Source: Escherichia coli 042 (GTDB taxonomy: Bacteria > Pseudomonadota > Gammaproteobacteria > Enterobacterales > Enterobacteriaceae). From it: a stretch of 64,000 bases of DNA. Where the stretch lies: the NCBI RefSeq assembly GCF_000027125.1, contig NC_017626.1; one strand, given 5' to 3'. Positions 11,140 through 23,560 of this stretch are shown piece by piece; position 1 is the stretch's first letter, and every line of letters begins with the position of its first letter. The notes under the pieces are model-generated. The model saw only the letters and a list, made by a program, of their open reading frames with translations, had not been told where the DNA came from and ran no database searches. A program made the translations under genes and the position numbers.

Positions 11140-12279
11140 ATGATCGATTATGAAGTATTGCGTTTTATCTGGTGGCTGCTGGTTGGCGTTCTGCTGATTG
11201 GTTTTGCAGTCACTGACGGTTTCGACATGGGGGTGGGCATGCTCACCCGTTTCCTCGGTCGTAACGACACCGAGCGTCGAATTATGATTAACTCCATTGC
11301 ACCACACTGGGACGGTAACCAGGTTTGGCTGATCACCGCAGGCGGCGCACTCTTTGCTGCCTGGCCGATGGTCTATGCCGCTGCGTTCTCCGGCTTCTAT
11401 GTGGCGATGATCCTCGTGCTGGCGTCTTTGTTCTTCCGTCCGGTCGGTTTTGACTACCGCTCCAAGATTGAAGAAACCCGCTGGCGTAACATGTGGGACT
11501 GGGGCATCTTCATTGGTAGCTTCGTTCCGCCGCTGGTGATTGGTGTAGCGTTCGGTAACCTGTTGCAGGGCGTACCGTTCAACGTTGATGAATATCTGCG
11601 TCTGTACTACACCGGTAACTTCTTCCAGCTGCTTAACCCGTTCGGCCTGCTGGCAGGCGTGGTGAGCGTAGGGATGATCATTACTCAGGGCGCAACCTAT
11701 CTGCAAATGCGTACCGTGGGCGAACTGCACCTGCGTACCCGTGCAACGGCTCAGGTGGCGGCACTGGTGACACTGGTCTGTTTCGCACTGGCTGGCGTAT
11801 GGGTGATGTACGGTATCGATGGTTATGTCGTGAAATCGACAATGGACCATTACGCAGCCTCTAACCCACTGAATAAAGAAGTGGTTCGTGAAGCTGGCGC
11901 ATGGCTGGTTAACTTCAACAACACGCCAATTCTGTGGGCTATTCCGGCACTGGGTGTGGTTCTGCCGCTGCTGACCATCCTGACTGCACGTATGGATAAA
12001 GCCGCGTGGGCGTTTGTGTTCTCCTCCCTGACGCTGGCCTGCATCATCCTGACAGCCGGTATCGCAATGTTCCCGTTTGTGATGCCGTCCAGCACCATGA
12101 TGAACGCAAGTCTGACAATGTGGGATGCAACTTCCAGCCAGCTGACGCTTAACGTCATGACCTGGGTTGCGGTGGTTCTGGTACCGATCATTCTGCTCTA
12201 CACCGCCTGGTGTTACTGGAAAATGTTCGGTCGTATCACCAAAGAAGATATTGAACGTAACACCCACTCTCTGTACTAA
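11140..12279 (+). CDS. cydB: Cytochrome bd-I ubiquinol oxidase subunit II
   Basis: 379-aa ORF MIDYEVLRFIWWLLVGVLLIGFAVTDGFDMGVGML, matches E. coli CydB. Confidence 0.95.
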   Translation: MIDYEVLRFIWWLLVGVLLIGFAVTDGFDMGVGMLTRFLGRNDTERRIMINSIAPHWDGNQVWLITAGGALFAAWPMVYAAAFSGFYVAMILVLASLFFRPVGFDYRSKIEETRWRNMWDWGIFIGSFVPPLVIGVAFGNLLQGVPFNVDEYLRLYYTGNFFQLLNPFGLLAGVVSVGMIITQGATYLQMRTVGELHLRTRATAQVAALVTLVCFALAGVWVMYGIDGYVVKSTMDHYAASNPLNKEVVREAGAWLVNFNNTPILWAIPALGVVLPLLTILTARMDKAAWAFVFSSLTLACIILTAGIAMFPFVMPSSTMMNASLTMWDATSSQLTLNVMTWVAVVLVPIILLYTAWCYWKMFGRITKEDIERNTHSLY

Positions 12280-12293
12280 GTAAGGAGCTAAAA

Positions 12294-12407
12294 ATGTGGT
12301 ATTTCGCATGGATTCTGGGAACGCTTCTTGCCTGTTCGTTTGGGGTAATCACCGCGCTGGCGCTTGAGCACGTCGAATCAGGCAAAGCCGGTCAAGAAGA
12401 CATCTGA
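12294..12407 (+). CDS. cydX: Cytochrome bd-I small subunit CydX
   Basis: 37-codon ORF MWYFAWILGTLLACSFGVITALALEHVESGKAGQEDI immediately after cydB; below the track threshold, found by reading. Confidence 0.8.
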   Translation: MWYFAWILGTLLACSFGVITALALEHVESGKAGQEDI

Positions 12408-12700
12408 TGAGTAAGATTATCGCAACCTTGTATGCGGTAATGGACAAGCGCCCCCTGCGGGCGCTTTCCTTCGTGATGGCGCTTCTGTTAGCAGGATGTA
12501 TGTTTTGGGACCCATCACGTTTCGCCGCGAAGACCAGTGAACTGGAAATCTGGCATGGTTTATTGCTGATGTGGGCCGTCTGTGCTGGTGTGATTCACGG
12601 CGTGGGCTTTCGTCCGCAGAAGGTTCTTTGGCAAGGGATTTTTTGCCCATTGCTTGCCGATATTGTTCTCATTGTCGGGCTGATTTTCTTCTTCTTTTAA
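12407..12700 (+). CDS. ybgE: cyd operon membrane protein YbgE
   Basis: 97-aa hydrophobic ORF overlapping the cydX stop, conserved cyd-operon position. Confidence 0.8.
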   Translation: MSKIIATLYAVMDKRPLRALSFVMALLLAGCMFWDPSRFAAKTSELEIWHGLLLMWAVCAGVIHGVGFRPQKVLWQGIFCPLLADIVLIVGLIFFFF

Positions 12701-12721
12701 ATCAGAATTCTCTTTAAAAAA

Positions 12722-12750
12722 TTATGGGCCGCTCCAGGCCCATAAATTTT
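12722..12750 (+). terminator. Rho-independent terminator of the cyd operon
   Basis: Hairpin tatgggccgctccaggcccata followed by a T-run just after the ybgE stop. Confidence 0.55.
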
Positions 12751-12849
12751 TACGCTCCCTTAACTTGCCCTCATTCCCAAACCTCAATCGCGCGCGTATA
12801 GTAGCAGCGTTTAAAAGCTCTAACTTTTGTTGCATTACCGGGATGTAAA

Positions 12850-13943
<1,094 letters not shown>

Positions 13944-13946
13944 GCC

Positions 13947-14375
13947 ATGGCCAGAGCGCGTGGACGAGGTCGTCGCGATCTCAAGTCCGAAATCAACATT
14001 GTACCGTTGCTGGACGTACTGCTGGTGCTGTTGCTGATCTTTATGGCGACAGCGCCCATCATCACCCAGAGCGTGGAGGTCGATCTGCCAGACGCTACTG
14101 AATCACAGGCGGTGAGCAGTAACGATAATCCGCCAGTGATTGTTGAAGTGTCTGGTATTGGTCAGTACACCGTGGTGGTTGAGAAAGATCGCCTGGAGCG
14201 TTTACCACCAGAGCAGGTGGTGGCGGAAGTGTCCAGCCGTTTCAAGGCCAACCCGAAAACGGTCTTTCTGATCGGTGGCGCAAAAGATGTGCCTTACGAT
14301 GAAATAATTAAAGCACTGAACTTGTTACATAGTGCGGGTGTGAAATCGGTTGGTTTAATGACGCAGCCTATCTAA
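13947..14375 (+). CDS. tolR: Tol-Pal system protein TolR
   Basis: 142-aa ExbD-family protein. Confidence 0.95.
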   Translation: MARARGRGRRDLKSEINIVPLLDVLLVLLLIFMATAPIITQSVEVDLPDATESQAVSSNDNPPVIVEVSGIGQYTVVVEKDRLERLPPEQVVAEVSSRFKANPKTVFLIGGAKDVPYDEIIKALNLLHSAGVKSVGLMTQPI

Positions 14376-14439
14376 ACATCTGCGTTTCCCTTGCTTGAAA
14401 GAGAGCGGGTAACAGGCGAACAGTTTTTGGAAACCGAGA

Positions 14440-15705
14440 GTGTCAAAGGCAACCGAACAAAACGACAAGCTCAAGCGGGCGATAATTATTTCAGCAGTGC
14501 TGCATGTCATCTTATTTGCGGCGCTGATCTGGAGTTCGTTCGATGAGAATATAGAAGCTTCAGCCGGAGGCGGCGGTGGTTCGTCCATCGACGCTGTCAT
14601 GGTTGATTCAGGTGCGGTAGTTGAGCAGTACAAACGCATGCAAAGCCAGGAATCAAGCGCGAAGCGTTCTGATGAGCAGCGCAAGATGAAGGAACAGCAG
14701 GCTGCTGAAGAACTGCGTGAGAAACAAGCGGCTGAACAGGAACGCCTGAAGCAACTTGAGAAAGAGCGGTTAGCGGCTCAGGAGCAGAAAAAGCAGGCTG
14801 AAGAAGCCGCAAAACAGGCCGAGTTAAAGCAGAAGCAAGCGGAAGAGGCGGCAGCGAAAGCGGCGGCAGATGCTAAAGCGAAGGCCGAAGCGGATGCTAA
14901 AGCTGCGGAAGAAGCTGCGAAGAAAGCGGCTGCAGACGCGAAGAAAAAAGCAGAAGCAGAAGCCGCCAAAGCCGCAGCCGAAGCGCAGAAAAAAGCCGAG
15001 GCAGCCGCGGCGGCACTGAAGAAGAAAGCGGAAGCGGCAGAAGCAGCTGCAGCTGAAGCAAGAAAGAAAGCGGCAACTGAAGCTGCTGAAAAAGCCAAGG
15101 CAGAAGCTGAGAAGAAAGCGGCTGCTGAAAAGGCTGCAGCTGATAAGAAAGCGGCAGCAGAGAAAGCTGCAGCCGACAAAAAAGCAGCAGAAAAAGCGGC
15201 TGCTGAAAAGGCAGCAGCTGATAAGAAAGCAGCGGCAGAAAAAGCCGCCGCAGACAAAAAAGCGGCAGCTGCAAAAGCAGCAGCTGAAAAAGCCGCTGCA
15301 GCAAAAGCGGCCGCAGAGGCAGATGATATTTTCGGTGAGCTAAGCTCTGGTAAGAATGCACCGAAAACGGGGGGAGGGGCGAAAGGGAACAATGCTTCGC
15401 CAGCCGGGAGTGGTAATACTAAAAACAATGGCGCATCAGGGGCCGATATCAATAACTATGCCGGGCAGATTAAATCTGCTATCGAAAGTAAGTTCTATGA
15501 CGCATCGTCCTATGCAGGCAAAACCTGTACGCTGCGCATAAAACTGGCACCCGATGGTATGTTACTGGATATCAAACCTGAAGGTGGCGATCCCGCACTT
15601 TGTCAGGCTGCGTTGGCAGCAGCTAAACTTGCGAAGATCCCGAAACCACCAAGCCAGGCAGTATATGAAGTGTTCAAAAACGCGCCATTGGACTTCAAAC
15701 CGTAA
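14440..15705 (+). CDS. tolA: Tol-Pal system protein TolA
   Basis: 421-aa protein with GTG start, N-terminal anchor, long Ala/Lys/Glu-rich helical domain II and C-terminal domain; matches E. coli TolA. Confidence 0.95.
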   Translation: MSKATEQNDKLKRAIIISAVLHVILFAALIWSSFDENIEASAGGGGGSSIDAVMVDSGAVVEQYKRMQSQESSAKRSDEQRKMKEQQAAEELREKQAAEQERLKQLEKERLAAQEQKKQAEEAAKQAELKQKQAEEAAAKAAADAKAKAEADAKAAEEAAKKAAADAKKKAEAEAAKAAAEAQKKAEAAAAALKKKAEAAEAAAAEARKKAATEAAEKAKAEAEKKAAAEKAAADKKAAAEKAAADKKAAEKAAAEKAAADKKAAAEKAAADKKAAAAKAAAEKAAAAKAAAEADDIFGELSSGKNAPKTGGGAKGNNASPAGSGNTKNNGASGADINNYAGQIKSAIESKFYDASSYAGKTCTLRIKLAPDGMLLDIKPEGGDPALCQAALAAAKLAKIPKPPSQAVYEVFKNAPLDFKP

Positions 15706-15837
15706 TCGCGATGTTGACTGTTCCGACGGTCAACATCAGGCACCGGTTGCCACGGGGTTCTGGTAGTTTTGTGTATTTTAGTTTGTTAACATTCTGCTAA
15801 ATTATCGTGGGCCATCGGTCCAGATAAGGGAGATATG

Positions 15838-17130
15838 ATGAAGCAGGCATTACGAGTAGCATTTGGTTTTCTCATACTGTGGGCATCAGTTCTGCATGCT
15901 GAAGTCCGCATTGTGATCGACAGCGGTGTAGATTCCGGTCGTCCTATTGGCGTTGTTCCTTTCCAGTGGGCGGGTCCTGGTGCGGCACCTGAAGATATTG
16001 GCGGTATCGTTGCTGCTGACTTGCGTAACAGCGGTAAATTTAATCCGTTAGATCGCGCTCGTCTGCCACAGCAGCCGGGTAGTGCGCAGGAAGTACAACC
16101 AGCTGCATGGTCTGCGCTGGGGATCGACGCAGTGGTTGTCGGCCAGGTCACTCCGAATCCGGACGGTTCTTACAATGTTGCTTATCAACTTGTTGACACT
16201 GGCGGCGCACCGGGTACTGTACTTGCTCAGAACTCGTACAAAGTGAACAAGCAGTGGCTGCGTTATGCTGGTCATACCGCCAGTGATGAAGTGTTTGAAA
16301 AACTGACCGGCATTAAAGGTGCGTTCCGTACCCGTATTGCCTACGTTGTTCAGACCAACGGCGGTCAGTTCCCGTATGAACTGCGCGTATCTGACTATGA
16401 CGGTTACAACCAGTTTGTCGTTCACCGTTCACCGCAGCCGCTGATGTCTCCGGCGTGGTCACCAGACGGTTCTAAACTGGCTTATGTGACCTTCGAAAGC
16501 GGTCGTTCCGCGCTGGTCATCCAAACGCTGGCAAATGGCGCAGTACGTCAGGTGGCTTCGTTCCCGCGTCACAACGGTGCACCTGCATTCTCGCCAGACG
16601 GCAGCAAACTGGCATTCGCCTTGTCGAAAACCGGTAGTCTGAACCTGTACGTAATGGATTTGGCTTCTGGTCAGATCCGCCAGGTGACGGATGGTCGCAG
16701 TAACAATACCGAACCGACCTGGTTCCCGGACAGCCAGAACCTGGCATTTACTTCTGACCAGGCCGGTCGTCCACAGGTTTATAAAGTGAATATCAACGGC
16801 GGTGCGCCACAACGTATTACCTGGGAAGGTTCGCAGAACCAGGATGCGGATGTCAGCAGCGACGGTAAATTTATGGTAATGGTCAGCTCCAATGGTGGGC
16901 AGCAGCACATTGCCAAACAAGATCTGGCAACGGGAGGCGTACAAGTTCTGTCGTCCACGTTCCTGGATGAAACGCCAAGTCTGGCACCTAACGGCACTAT
17001 GGTAATCTACAGCTCTTCTCAGGGGATGGGATCCGTGCTGAATTTGGTTTCTACAGATGGGCGTTTCAAAGCGCGTCTTCCGGCAACTGATGGACAGGTC
17101 AAATTCCCTGCCTGGTCGCCGTATCTGTGA
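15838..17130 (+). CDS. tolB: Tol-Pal system periplasmic protein TolB
   Basis: 430-aa protein from [21 protein letters not shown] (signal peptide), beta-propeller repeats. Confidence 0.95.
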   Translation: MKQALRVAFGFLILWASVLHAEVRIVIDSGVDSGRPIGVVPFQWAGPGAAPEDIGGIVAADLRNSGKFNPLDRARLPQQPGSAQEVQPAAWSALGIDAVVVGQVTPNPDGSYNVAYQLVDTGGAPGTVLAQNSYKVNKQWLRYAGHTASDEVFEKLTGIKGAFRTRIAYVVQTNGGQFPYELRVSDYDGYNQFVVHRSPQPLMSPAWSPDGSKLAYVTFESGRSALVIQTLANGAVRQVASFPRHNGAPAFSPDGSKLAFALSKTGSLNLYVMDLASGQIRQVTDGRSNNTEPTWFPDSQNLAFTSDQAGRPQVYKVNINGGAPQRITWEGSQNQDADVSSDGKFMVMVSSNGGQQHIAKQDLATGGVQVLSSTFLDETPSLAPNGTMVIYSSSQGMGSVLNLVSTDGRFKARLPATDGQVKFPAWSPYL

Positions 17131-17140
17131 TAATAATTAA

Positions 17141-17686
<546 letters not shown>

Positions 17687-17695
17687 GAGAATTGC

Positions 17696-18487
17696 ATGAG
17701 CAGTAACTTCAGACATCAACTATTGAGTCTGTCGTTACTGGTTGGTATAGCGGCCCCCTGGGCCGCTTTTGCTCAGGCACCAATCAGTAGTGTCGGCTCA
17801 GGCTCGGTCGAAGACCGCGTCACTCAACTTGAGCGTATTTCAAATGCTCACAGCCAGCTTTTAACCCAACTCCAGCAACAACTCTCTGATAATCAATCCG
17901 ATATTGATTCCCTGCGTGGTCAGATTCAGGAAAATCAGTATCAACTGAATCAGGTCGTGGAGCGGCAAAAGCAGATCCTGTTGCAGATCGATAGCCTCAG
18001 CAGCGGTGGTGCAGCGGCGCAATCAACCAGCGGCGATCAAAGCGGTGCGGCGGCATCAATGACGCCGACAGCTGATGCTGGTACTGCGAATGCTGGCGCG
18101 CCGGTGAAAAGCGGTGATGCAAACACGGATTACAATGCAGCTATTGCGCTGGTGCAGGATAAATCCCGCCAGGATGACGCAATGGTGGCATTTCAGAATT
18201 TCATCAAAAATTACCCTGATTCAACTTACCTGCCAAACGCCAATTATTGGCTGGGTCAGTTAAACTACAACAAGGGTAAAAAAGATGATGCGGCGTACTA
18301 TTTTGCTTCGGTAGTAAAAAACTATCCGAAGTCGCCAAAGGCTGCAGATGCGATGTTTAAAGTCGGCGTCATCATGCAGGACAAAGGTGACACCGCAAAA
18401 GCGAAAGCCGTATACCAGCAGGTTATCAGTAAATACCCTGGTACTGATGGCGCTAAACAGGCGCAAAAACGTCTGAACGCGATGTAA
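17696..18487 (+). CDS. cpoB: Cell division coordinator CpoB (YbgF)
   Basis: 263-aa protein with signal peptide, coiled coil and C-terminal TPR-like region; last gene of the tol-pal cluster. Confidence 0.9.
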   Translation: MSSNFRHQLLSLSLLVGIAAPWAAFAQAPISSVGSGSVEDRVTQLERISNAHSQLLTQLQQQLSDNQSDIDSLRGQIQENQYQLNQVVERQKQILLQIDSLSSGGAAAQSTSGDQSGAAASMTPTADAGTANAGAPVKSGDANTDYNAAIALVQDKSRQDDAMVAFQNFIKNYPDSTYLPNANYWLGQLNYNKGKKDDAAYYFASVVKNYPKSPKAADAMFKVGVIMQDKGDTAKAKAVYQQVISKYPGTDGAKQAQKRLNAM

Positions 18488-18651
18488 TGCATAACACACG
18501 ACCAGAAGTCGCATTATTTCTGGTCGTGTCGTGCGAATCATAAGCAGTTGAGTGATCTGCATCGAAATTTTTGTTGCGCTCAAGTCTGAAATCAGTAATA
18601 TATGCCGCCGTTGCCACGGGATATCAAACAAACCGAAAGCAACGAAAAAGT

Positions 18652-18727
18652 GGGTCGTTAGCTCAGTTGGTAGAGCAGTTGACTTTTAATCAATTGGTCG
18701 CAGGTTCGAATCCTGCACGACCCACCA
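18652..18727 (+). tRNA. lysT: tRNA-Lys (anticodon UUU)
   Basis: 76-nt sequence gggtcgttagctcagttggtagagcagttgacttttaatcaattggtcgcaggttcgaatcctgcacgacccacca with encoded CCA. Confidence 0.95.
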
Positions 18728-18762
18728 CTAACATAGTTAGTTGTAGTATCCAGCGTAGTATT

Positions 18763-18838
18763 GGGTGATTAGCTCAGCTGGGAGAGCACCTCCCTTACAA
18801 GGAGGGGGTCGGCGGTTCGATCCCGTCATCACCCACCA
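18763..18838 (+). tRNA. valT: tRNA-Val (anticodon UAC)
   Basis: 76-nt sequence gggtgattagctcagctgggagagcacctcccttacaaggagggggtcggcggttcgatcccgtcatcacccacca. Confidence 0.95.
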
Positions 18839-18840
18839 CC

Positions 18841-18916
18841 GGGTCGTTAGCTCAGTTGGTAGAGCAGTTGACTTTTAATCAATTGGTCGCAGGTTCGAAT
18901 CCTGCACGACCCACCA
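18841..18916 (+). tRNA. lysW: tRNA-Lys (UUU)
   Basis: Identical copy of the tRNA-Lys sequence. Confidence 0.95.
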
Positions 18917-18967
18917 CTAATTACGGTGGGTTCGGTGGAAGTAGTTTGTAGTATCCAGCGCAGTATC

Positions 18968-19043
18968 GGGTGATTAGCTCAGCTGGGAGAGCACCTCCCT
19001 TACAAGGAGGGGGTCGGCGGTTCGATCCCGTCATCACCCACCA
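18968..19043 (+). tRNA. valZ: tRNA-Val (UAC)
   Basis: Identical copy of the tRNA-Val sequence. Confidence 0.95.
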
Positions 19044-19046
19044 CTC

Positions 19047-19122
19047 GGGTCGTTAGCTCAGTTGGTAGAGCAGTTGACTTTTAATCAATTGGTCGCAGGT
19101 TCGAATCCTGCACGACCCACCA
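19047..19122 (+). tRNA. lysY: tRNA-Lys (UUU)
   Basis: Identical copy of the tRNA-Lys sequence. Confidence 0.95.
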
Positions 19123-19220
19123 ATTTTAACATCAAACTCAGATGTTAAGCGTGAAGGATAACGTTGCGCCAGCAACGGCCCGTAGGGCGAGCGAAGCGAG
19201 TCATCCTGCACGACCCACCA
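19123..19220 (+). repeat. tRNA-derived remnant between lysY and lysZ (carries tRNA-Lys 3' end cctgcacgacccacca)
   Basis: Spacer contains gcgagcgaagcgagtcatcctgcacgacccacca, whose 3' part is identical to the tRNA-Lys acceptor end; the same motif recurs in the tandem repeats after lysQ. Confidence 0.6.
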
Positions 19221-19268
19221 ATTTTAAAGATTGGTTCCGAGTAGAAATCTTTCAGGTAACACCCGTAT

Positions 19269-19344
19269 GGGTCGTTAGCTCAGTTGGTAGAGCAGTTGAC
19301 TTTTAATCAATTGGTCGCAGGTTCGAATCCTGCACGACCCACCA
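19269..19344 (+). tRNA. lysZ: tRNA-Lys (UUU)
   Basis: Identical copy of the tRNA-Lys sequence. Confidence 0.95.
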
Positions 19345-19377
19345 TCCTGAATGATTAAAGCAGCATAATCCCGCAAG

Positions 19378-19453
19378 GGGTCGTTAGCTCAGTTGGTAGA
19401 GCAGTTGACTTTTAATCAATTGGTCGCAGGTTCGAATCCTGCACGACCCACCA
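19378..19453 (+). tRNA. lysQ: tRNA-Lys (UUU)
   Basis: Identical copy of the tRNA-Lys sequence. Confidence 0.95.
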
Positions 19454-19800
19454 ATGTAAAAAAGCGCCCTAAAGGCGCTTTTTTGCTATCTGCGATACTC
19501 AAAGATTCGAACCTGCAGCAGGTTCGAGTTGAGCGCAGCGAAACAACGGAGCAGCTCGCGGCGACGGCCCGAAGGGCGAGCGAAGCGAGTCATCCTGCAC
19601 GACCCACCAATGTAAAAAAGCGCCCTAAAGGCGCTTTTTTGCTATCTGCGATACTCAAAGATTCGAACCTGCAGCAGGTTCGAGTTGAGCGCAGCGAAAC
19701 AACGGAGCCGCTCGCGGCGACGGCCCGTAGGGCGAGCGAAGCGAGTCATCCTGCACGACCCACCAATGTAAAAAAGCGCCCTAAAGGCGCTTTTTTGCTA
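19454..19800 (+). repeat. Tandem 156-bp repeats (two full units plus a partial third), each with a terminator hairpin and a degenerate tRNA-Lys 3' half
   Basis: Unit begins atgtaaaaaagcgccctaaaggcgcttttttgc at 19454, 19610 and 19766; each full unit ends with cctgcacgacccacca. Confidence 0.8.
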
Positions 19801-20012
19801 TTCAGGCATCCTCAATTTCACTTTGTAACCTGATGACATCTTCAGAGCTTACTTTGCAAGCAACTCTACGTCGGTGGAATTAGGCGTAATTCGAGTGACT
19901 TTTCCCCACCATTCGACTATCTTGTTTAGCATATAAAACAAATTTCACCGATAACAGCGAATATTACGCTCATGTCGGTTTTAACGTTAAGCCTGTAAAA
20001 CGAGATGGTAAG

Positions 20013-21056
20013 ATGAGCGTGATGTTTGATCCAGACACGGCGATTTATCCTTTCCCCCCGAAGCCGACGCCGTTAAGCATTGATGAAAAAGTGTATTACC
20101 GCGAGAAGATAAAACGTCTGCTAAAAGAACGTAATGCGGTGATGGTTGCCCACTACTATACCGATCCCGAAATTCAACAACTGGCAGAAGAAACCGGTGG
20201 CTGTATTTCTGATTCTCTGGAAATGGCGCGCTTCGGTGCAAAGCATCCCGCTTCTACGTTGTTAGTCGCTGGGGTGAGATTTATGGGAGAAACCGCCAAA
20301 ATTCTCAGTCCGGAAAAAACAATTCTGATGCCGACACTTCAGGCTGAATGTTCACTGGATCTCGGCTGCCCAGTTGAAGAATTTAACGCATTTTGCGATG
20401 CCCATCCCGATCATACTGTCGTCGTCTACGCCAACACTTCTGCTGCGGTAAAAGCGCGGGCAGATTGGGTGATAACTTCAAGCATTGCCGTCGAACTTAT
20501 TGATCATCTGGATAGTTTGGGTGAAAAAATCATCTGGGCACCCGACAAACATCTGGGGCGTTACGTGCAAAAACAGACGGGCGCAGACATTTTATGCTGG
20601 CAGGGTGCCTGCATTGTGCATGATGAGTTTAAGACTCAGGCGTTAACCCGCTTGCAAGAAGAATACCCGGATGCTGCCATACTGGTGCATCCAGAATCAC
20701 CGCAAGCTATTGTAGAGATGGCGGATGCGGTCGGTTCCACCAGTCAACTGATTGCTGCTGCGAAAACATTGCCACATCAGCGACTTATCGTGGCAACCGA
20801 TCGGGGTATTTTCTACAAAATGCAGCAGGCGGTACCAGATAAAGAGTTACTGGAAGCACCAACCGCGGGTGAGGGCGCAACCTGCCGCAGCTGCGCGCAT
20901 TGTCCGTGGATGGCCATGAATGGCCTTCAGGCCATCGCAGAGGCATTAGAACAGGAAGGAAGCAATCACGAGGTTCATGTTGAGGAAAGGCTGCGAGAGA
21001 GGGCGCTGGTGCCGCTCAATCGTATGCTGGATTTTGCGGCTACACTACGTGGATAA
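20013..21056 (+). CDS. nadA: Quinolinate synthase
   Basis: 347-aa [29 protein letters not shown], matches E. coli NadA. Confidence 0.95.
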   Translation: MSVMFDPDTAIYPFPPKPTPLSIDEKVYYREKIKRLLKERNAVMVAHYYTDPEIQQLAEETGGCISDSLEMARFGAKHPASTLLVAGVRFMGETAKILSPEKTILMPTLQAECSLDLGCPVEEFNAFCDAHPDHTVVVYANTSAAVKARADWVITSSIAVELIDHLDSLGEKIIWAPDKHLGRYVQKQTGADILCWQGACIVHDEFKTQALTRLQEEYPDAAILVHPESPQAIVEMADAVGSTSQLIAAAKTLPHQRLIVATDRGIFYKMQQAVPDKELLEAPTAGEGATCRSCAHCPWMAMNGLQAIAEALEQEGSNHEVHVEERLRERALVPLNRMLDFAATLRG

Positions 21057-21093
21057 CGAATAATAAGGCGTAACGTTACGCTTTGGGGGAAAG

Positions 21094-21813
21094 ATGGATT
21101 TTTTTAGTGTGCAGAATATCCTGGTACATATACCAATAGGAGCAGGCGGTTATGATCTCTCATGGATCGAAGCGGTAGGCACGATCGCCGGGTTGCTGTG
21201 TATTGGCCTTGCCAGTCTGGAGAAGATCAGCAACTACTTCTTTGGCCTGATCAACGTCACATTGTTTGGCATTATTTTCTTTCAGATTCAGCTGTATGCC
21301 AGCCTGCTATTACAGGTGTTTTTCTTTGCCGCGAATATTTACGGCTGGTATGCGTGGTCGCGACAAACCAGTCAGAACGAGGCGGAGTTGAAAATTCGCT
21401 GGTTGCCATTGCCGAAGGCGCTAAGCTGGTTGGCGGTTTGCGTTGTTTCGATTGGTCTGATGACGGTATTTATCAATCCGGTGTTTGCATTTTTGACCCG
21501 CGTGGCAGTCATGATCATGCAAGCATTAGGATTACAGGTTGCGATGCCTGAACTACAGCCGGACGCTTTCCCGTTCTGGGATTCCTGCATGATGGTGTTA
21601 TCTATCGTGGCAATGATTCTGATGACGCGTAAGTATGTGGAAAACTGGCTGTTGTGGGTGATTATTAACGTGATTAGCGTCGTTATTTTTGCACTTCAGG
21701 GCGTTTACGCCATGTCTCTGGAGTACATCATCCTGACCTTTATTGCCCTCAACGGCAGCCGGATGTGGATCAACAGCGCACGCGAAAGAGGTTCACGCGC
21801 GCTGTCCCATTAA
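21094..21813 (+). CDS. pnuC: Nicotinamide riboside transporter PnuC
   Basis: 239-aa polytopic membrane protein directly downstream of nadA. Confidence 0.9.
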   Translation: MDFFSVQNILVHIPIGAGGYDLSWIEAVGTIAGLLCIGLASLEKISNYFFGLINVTLFGIIFFQIQLYASLLLQVFFFAANIYGWYAWSRQTSQNEAELKIRWLPLPKALSWLAVCVVSIGLMTVFINPVFAFLTRVAVMIMQALGLQVAMPELQPDAFPFWDSCMMVLSIVAMILMTRKYVENWLLWVIINVISVVIFALQGVYAMSLEYIILTFIALNGSRMWINSARERGSRALSH

Positions 21814-22751
21814 TGGTGATGATGTGAATGGCCAGACACCCCTTCATTCAGGTGGCAGTCTGGCCCATGACAAGGTTGATATTCCATCTGAATAGTGGCG
21901 TGTTCAATCTGATAGTGATCCATCAGGTAGTGTTGGATCTGATCTAACAAGGCATCGTGATCGTGTGGCGGGATCACCTGCACATGCAGCGTCATCACCG
22001 GCTTCTCGCCTACCATCCATACATGTACATGGTGCACATTGCGGACTTCCGGGATTTCCCGGCACATACGACGCTTCAGTTCGGCGATATCCAGCGATAC
22101 CGGTGCACCTTCAAGTAATTCATTCACGCTATCTTTCAACAGTCGCCACGCGCTACGCAGAACCAGAAGCGACACCAGTATTGAGAGAATGGGGTCAGCA
22201 GGTGTCCAGCCGGTCCAGATAATAATCAACGCGGCAATAATAGCCCCAACCGAACCCAGCAGGTCCCCGAGCACATGCAGTGCCGCTGCTCGCACGTTGA
22301 GGTTTTTCTCTTCGCTGCCGTGATGAAGTAACCAGAAAGAAAGTATATTTGCCAGCAGCCCAGCCACGGCAATTGCCATCATCATGCCGCCCTCGACCGG
22401 AAGCGGAGTGCGGAAGCGTTCTATCGCCTCCCAGACAATCAAAATAGTAATCACCACCAGGGCGATGGCATTCACAAACGCCGCGAGCGTGGTCAATCTT
22501 AGCCAACCGAAAGTGTGGCGAATGGTGGGAGGACGACGGGAAAATTGCACTGCGAGTAGGGCGAAAAGCAGGGCGGCAGTATCGGTCAACATATGACCCG
22601 CATCGGCCAGCAATGCCAGAGAACCGGAAAGAAAACCACCAATGACTTCTACGAGCATAAACCCGGCAGTCACGCCGAAAGCATACAACAAGCGACGAGC
22701 ATTATTATCTTCTGGCAGGTGTGAGGAAGTGTGTGAGTGTGAGTGCGCCAT
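21810..22751 (-). CDS. zitB: Zinc efflux transporter (cation diffusion facilitator) ZitB
   Basis: 313-aa CDF-family protein with His-rich N- and C-termini. Confidence 0.9.
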   Translation of the reverse strand: MAHSHSHTSSHLPEDNNARRLLYAFGVTAGFMLVEVIGGFLSGSLALLADAGHMLTDTAALLFALLAVQFSRRPPTIRHTFGWLRLTTLAAFVNAIALVVITILIVWEAIERFRTPLPVEGGMMMAIAVAGLLANILSFWLLHHGSEEKNLNVRAAALHVLGDLLGSVGAIIAALIIIWTGWTPADPILSILVSLLVLRSAWRLLKDSVNELLEGAPVSLDIAELKRRMCREIPEVRNVHHVHVWMVGEKPVMTLHVQVIPPHDHDALLDQIQHYLMDHYQIEHATIQMEYQPCHGPDCHLNEGVSGHSHHHH

Positions 22752-22864
22752 GACGAGTCATCCCTTAATTATTCTCACTTAACTTTATGACATCATACTG
22801 CTTTTAGAAGGGAAAAATTAAAAGGGAGAGACTCCGCTCTCCCATTATTGGCTATTTCGCAGGG

Positions 22865-23245
22865 TTACTGCGTGGTACCGTCGGTTTTGGTATCGACATC
22901 ATTGTTGATGCCATCACCAGTTTGTACCTTTTTATTGATATCCGGACAGCGACCATCTTTGCACATGGTGTTCTTGTGCTCTTCATCTTTGGTCATGCCG
23001 TCATTGTTCATTGAAGAACCATCCGGATGCAGCATTGTGCCGCCAGAACCGGTATTTACCCCGTTATTGTCGACGTTATTTGGCGCGACATTTTCACGGG
23101 CATCAGGGGCTACCTGGCCCGCATCAGCTGCGGCGTTTGCCTGGCCGTTATTGCTTTGCGCTCCGCTATCGGCAGCCAGTGCGGCACCGCTGGCAAGGCT
23201 TAGAGTGGCAGTCAAAAATAGTGTGGCCAGTTTTGTCATTTTCAT
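22865..23245 (-). CDS. ybgS: Secreted low-complexity protein YbgS
   Basis: 126-aa ORF with signal peptide [24 protein letters not shown] and Asn/Asp/Gly-rich mature part. Confidence 0.85.
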   Translation of the reverse strand: MKMTKLATLFLTATLSLASGAALAADSGAQSNNGQANAAADAGQVAPDARENVAPNNVDNNGVNTGSGGTMLHPDGSSMNNDGMTKDEEHKNTMCKDGRCPDINKKVQTGDGINNDVDTKTDGTTQ

Positions 23246-23560
23246 AGGATGCTCCTGTTATGGTCGTTATGTCGGATAACCTCTTCCAACAGTGCATTTG
23301 CAGGTGAATATAAGGCAATGGTTTAAGATTTCAGCCAGGCTAAGATACCCAGCAGAGAATCTTGAAATAATTAACAAACAAAGGAGTTACAGTTAGAAAT
23401 TGTAGGAGAGATCTCGTTTTTCGCGACAATCTGGCGTTTTTCTTGCTAATTCCAGGATTAATCCGTTCATAGTGTAAAACCCCGTTTACACATTCTGACG
23501 GAAGATATAGATTGGAAGTATTGCATTCACTAAGATAAGTATGGCAACACTGGAACAGAC

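Noticed and set aside
11029-12309. 426-aa minus-strand ORF
   Set aside because: Entirely antisense to cydB, which matches the known cytochrome bd subunit; His/Cys/Gln-rich nonsense composition.
14778-15452. Long minus-strand ORFs (224 aa and 154 aa) rich in Ala/Ser/Leu overlapping tolA
   Set aside because: They are antisense readings of the Ala/Lys/Glu-rich repetitive domain II of tolA; the low-complexity repeat keeps spurious frames open.
18652-19800. Possible CRISPR-like array suggested by regularly repeated sequence
   Set aside because: The repeats are full-length tRNA genes and 156-bp terminator units, not short direct repeats with unique spacers, and there are no cas genes nearby.
19393-19833. 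146-aa plus-strand ORF across lysQ and the downstream repeats
   Set aside because: It runs through a tRNA gene and the 156-bp tandem repeats, so the repeated peptide segments are an artefact.
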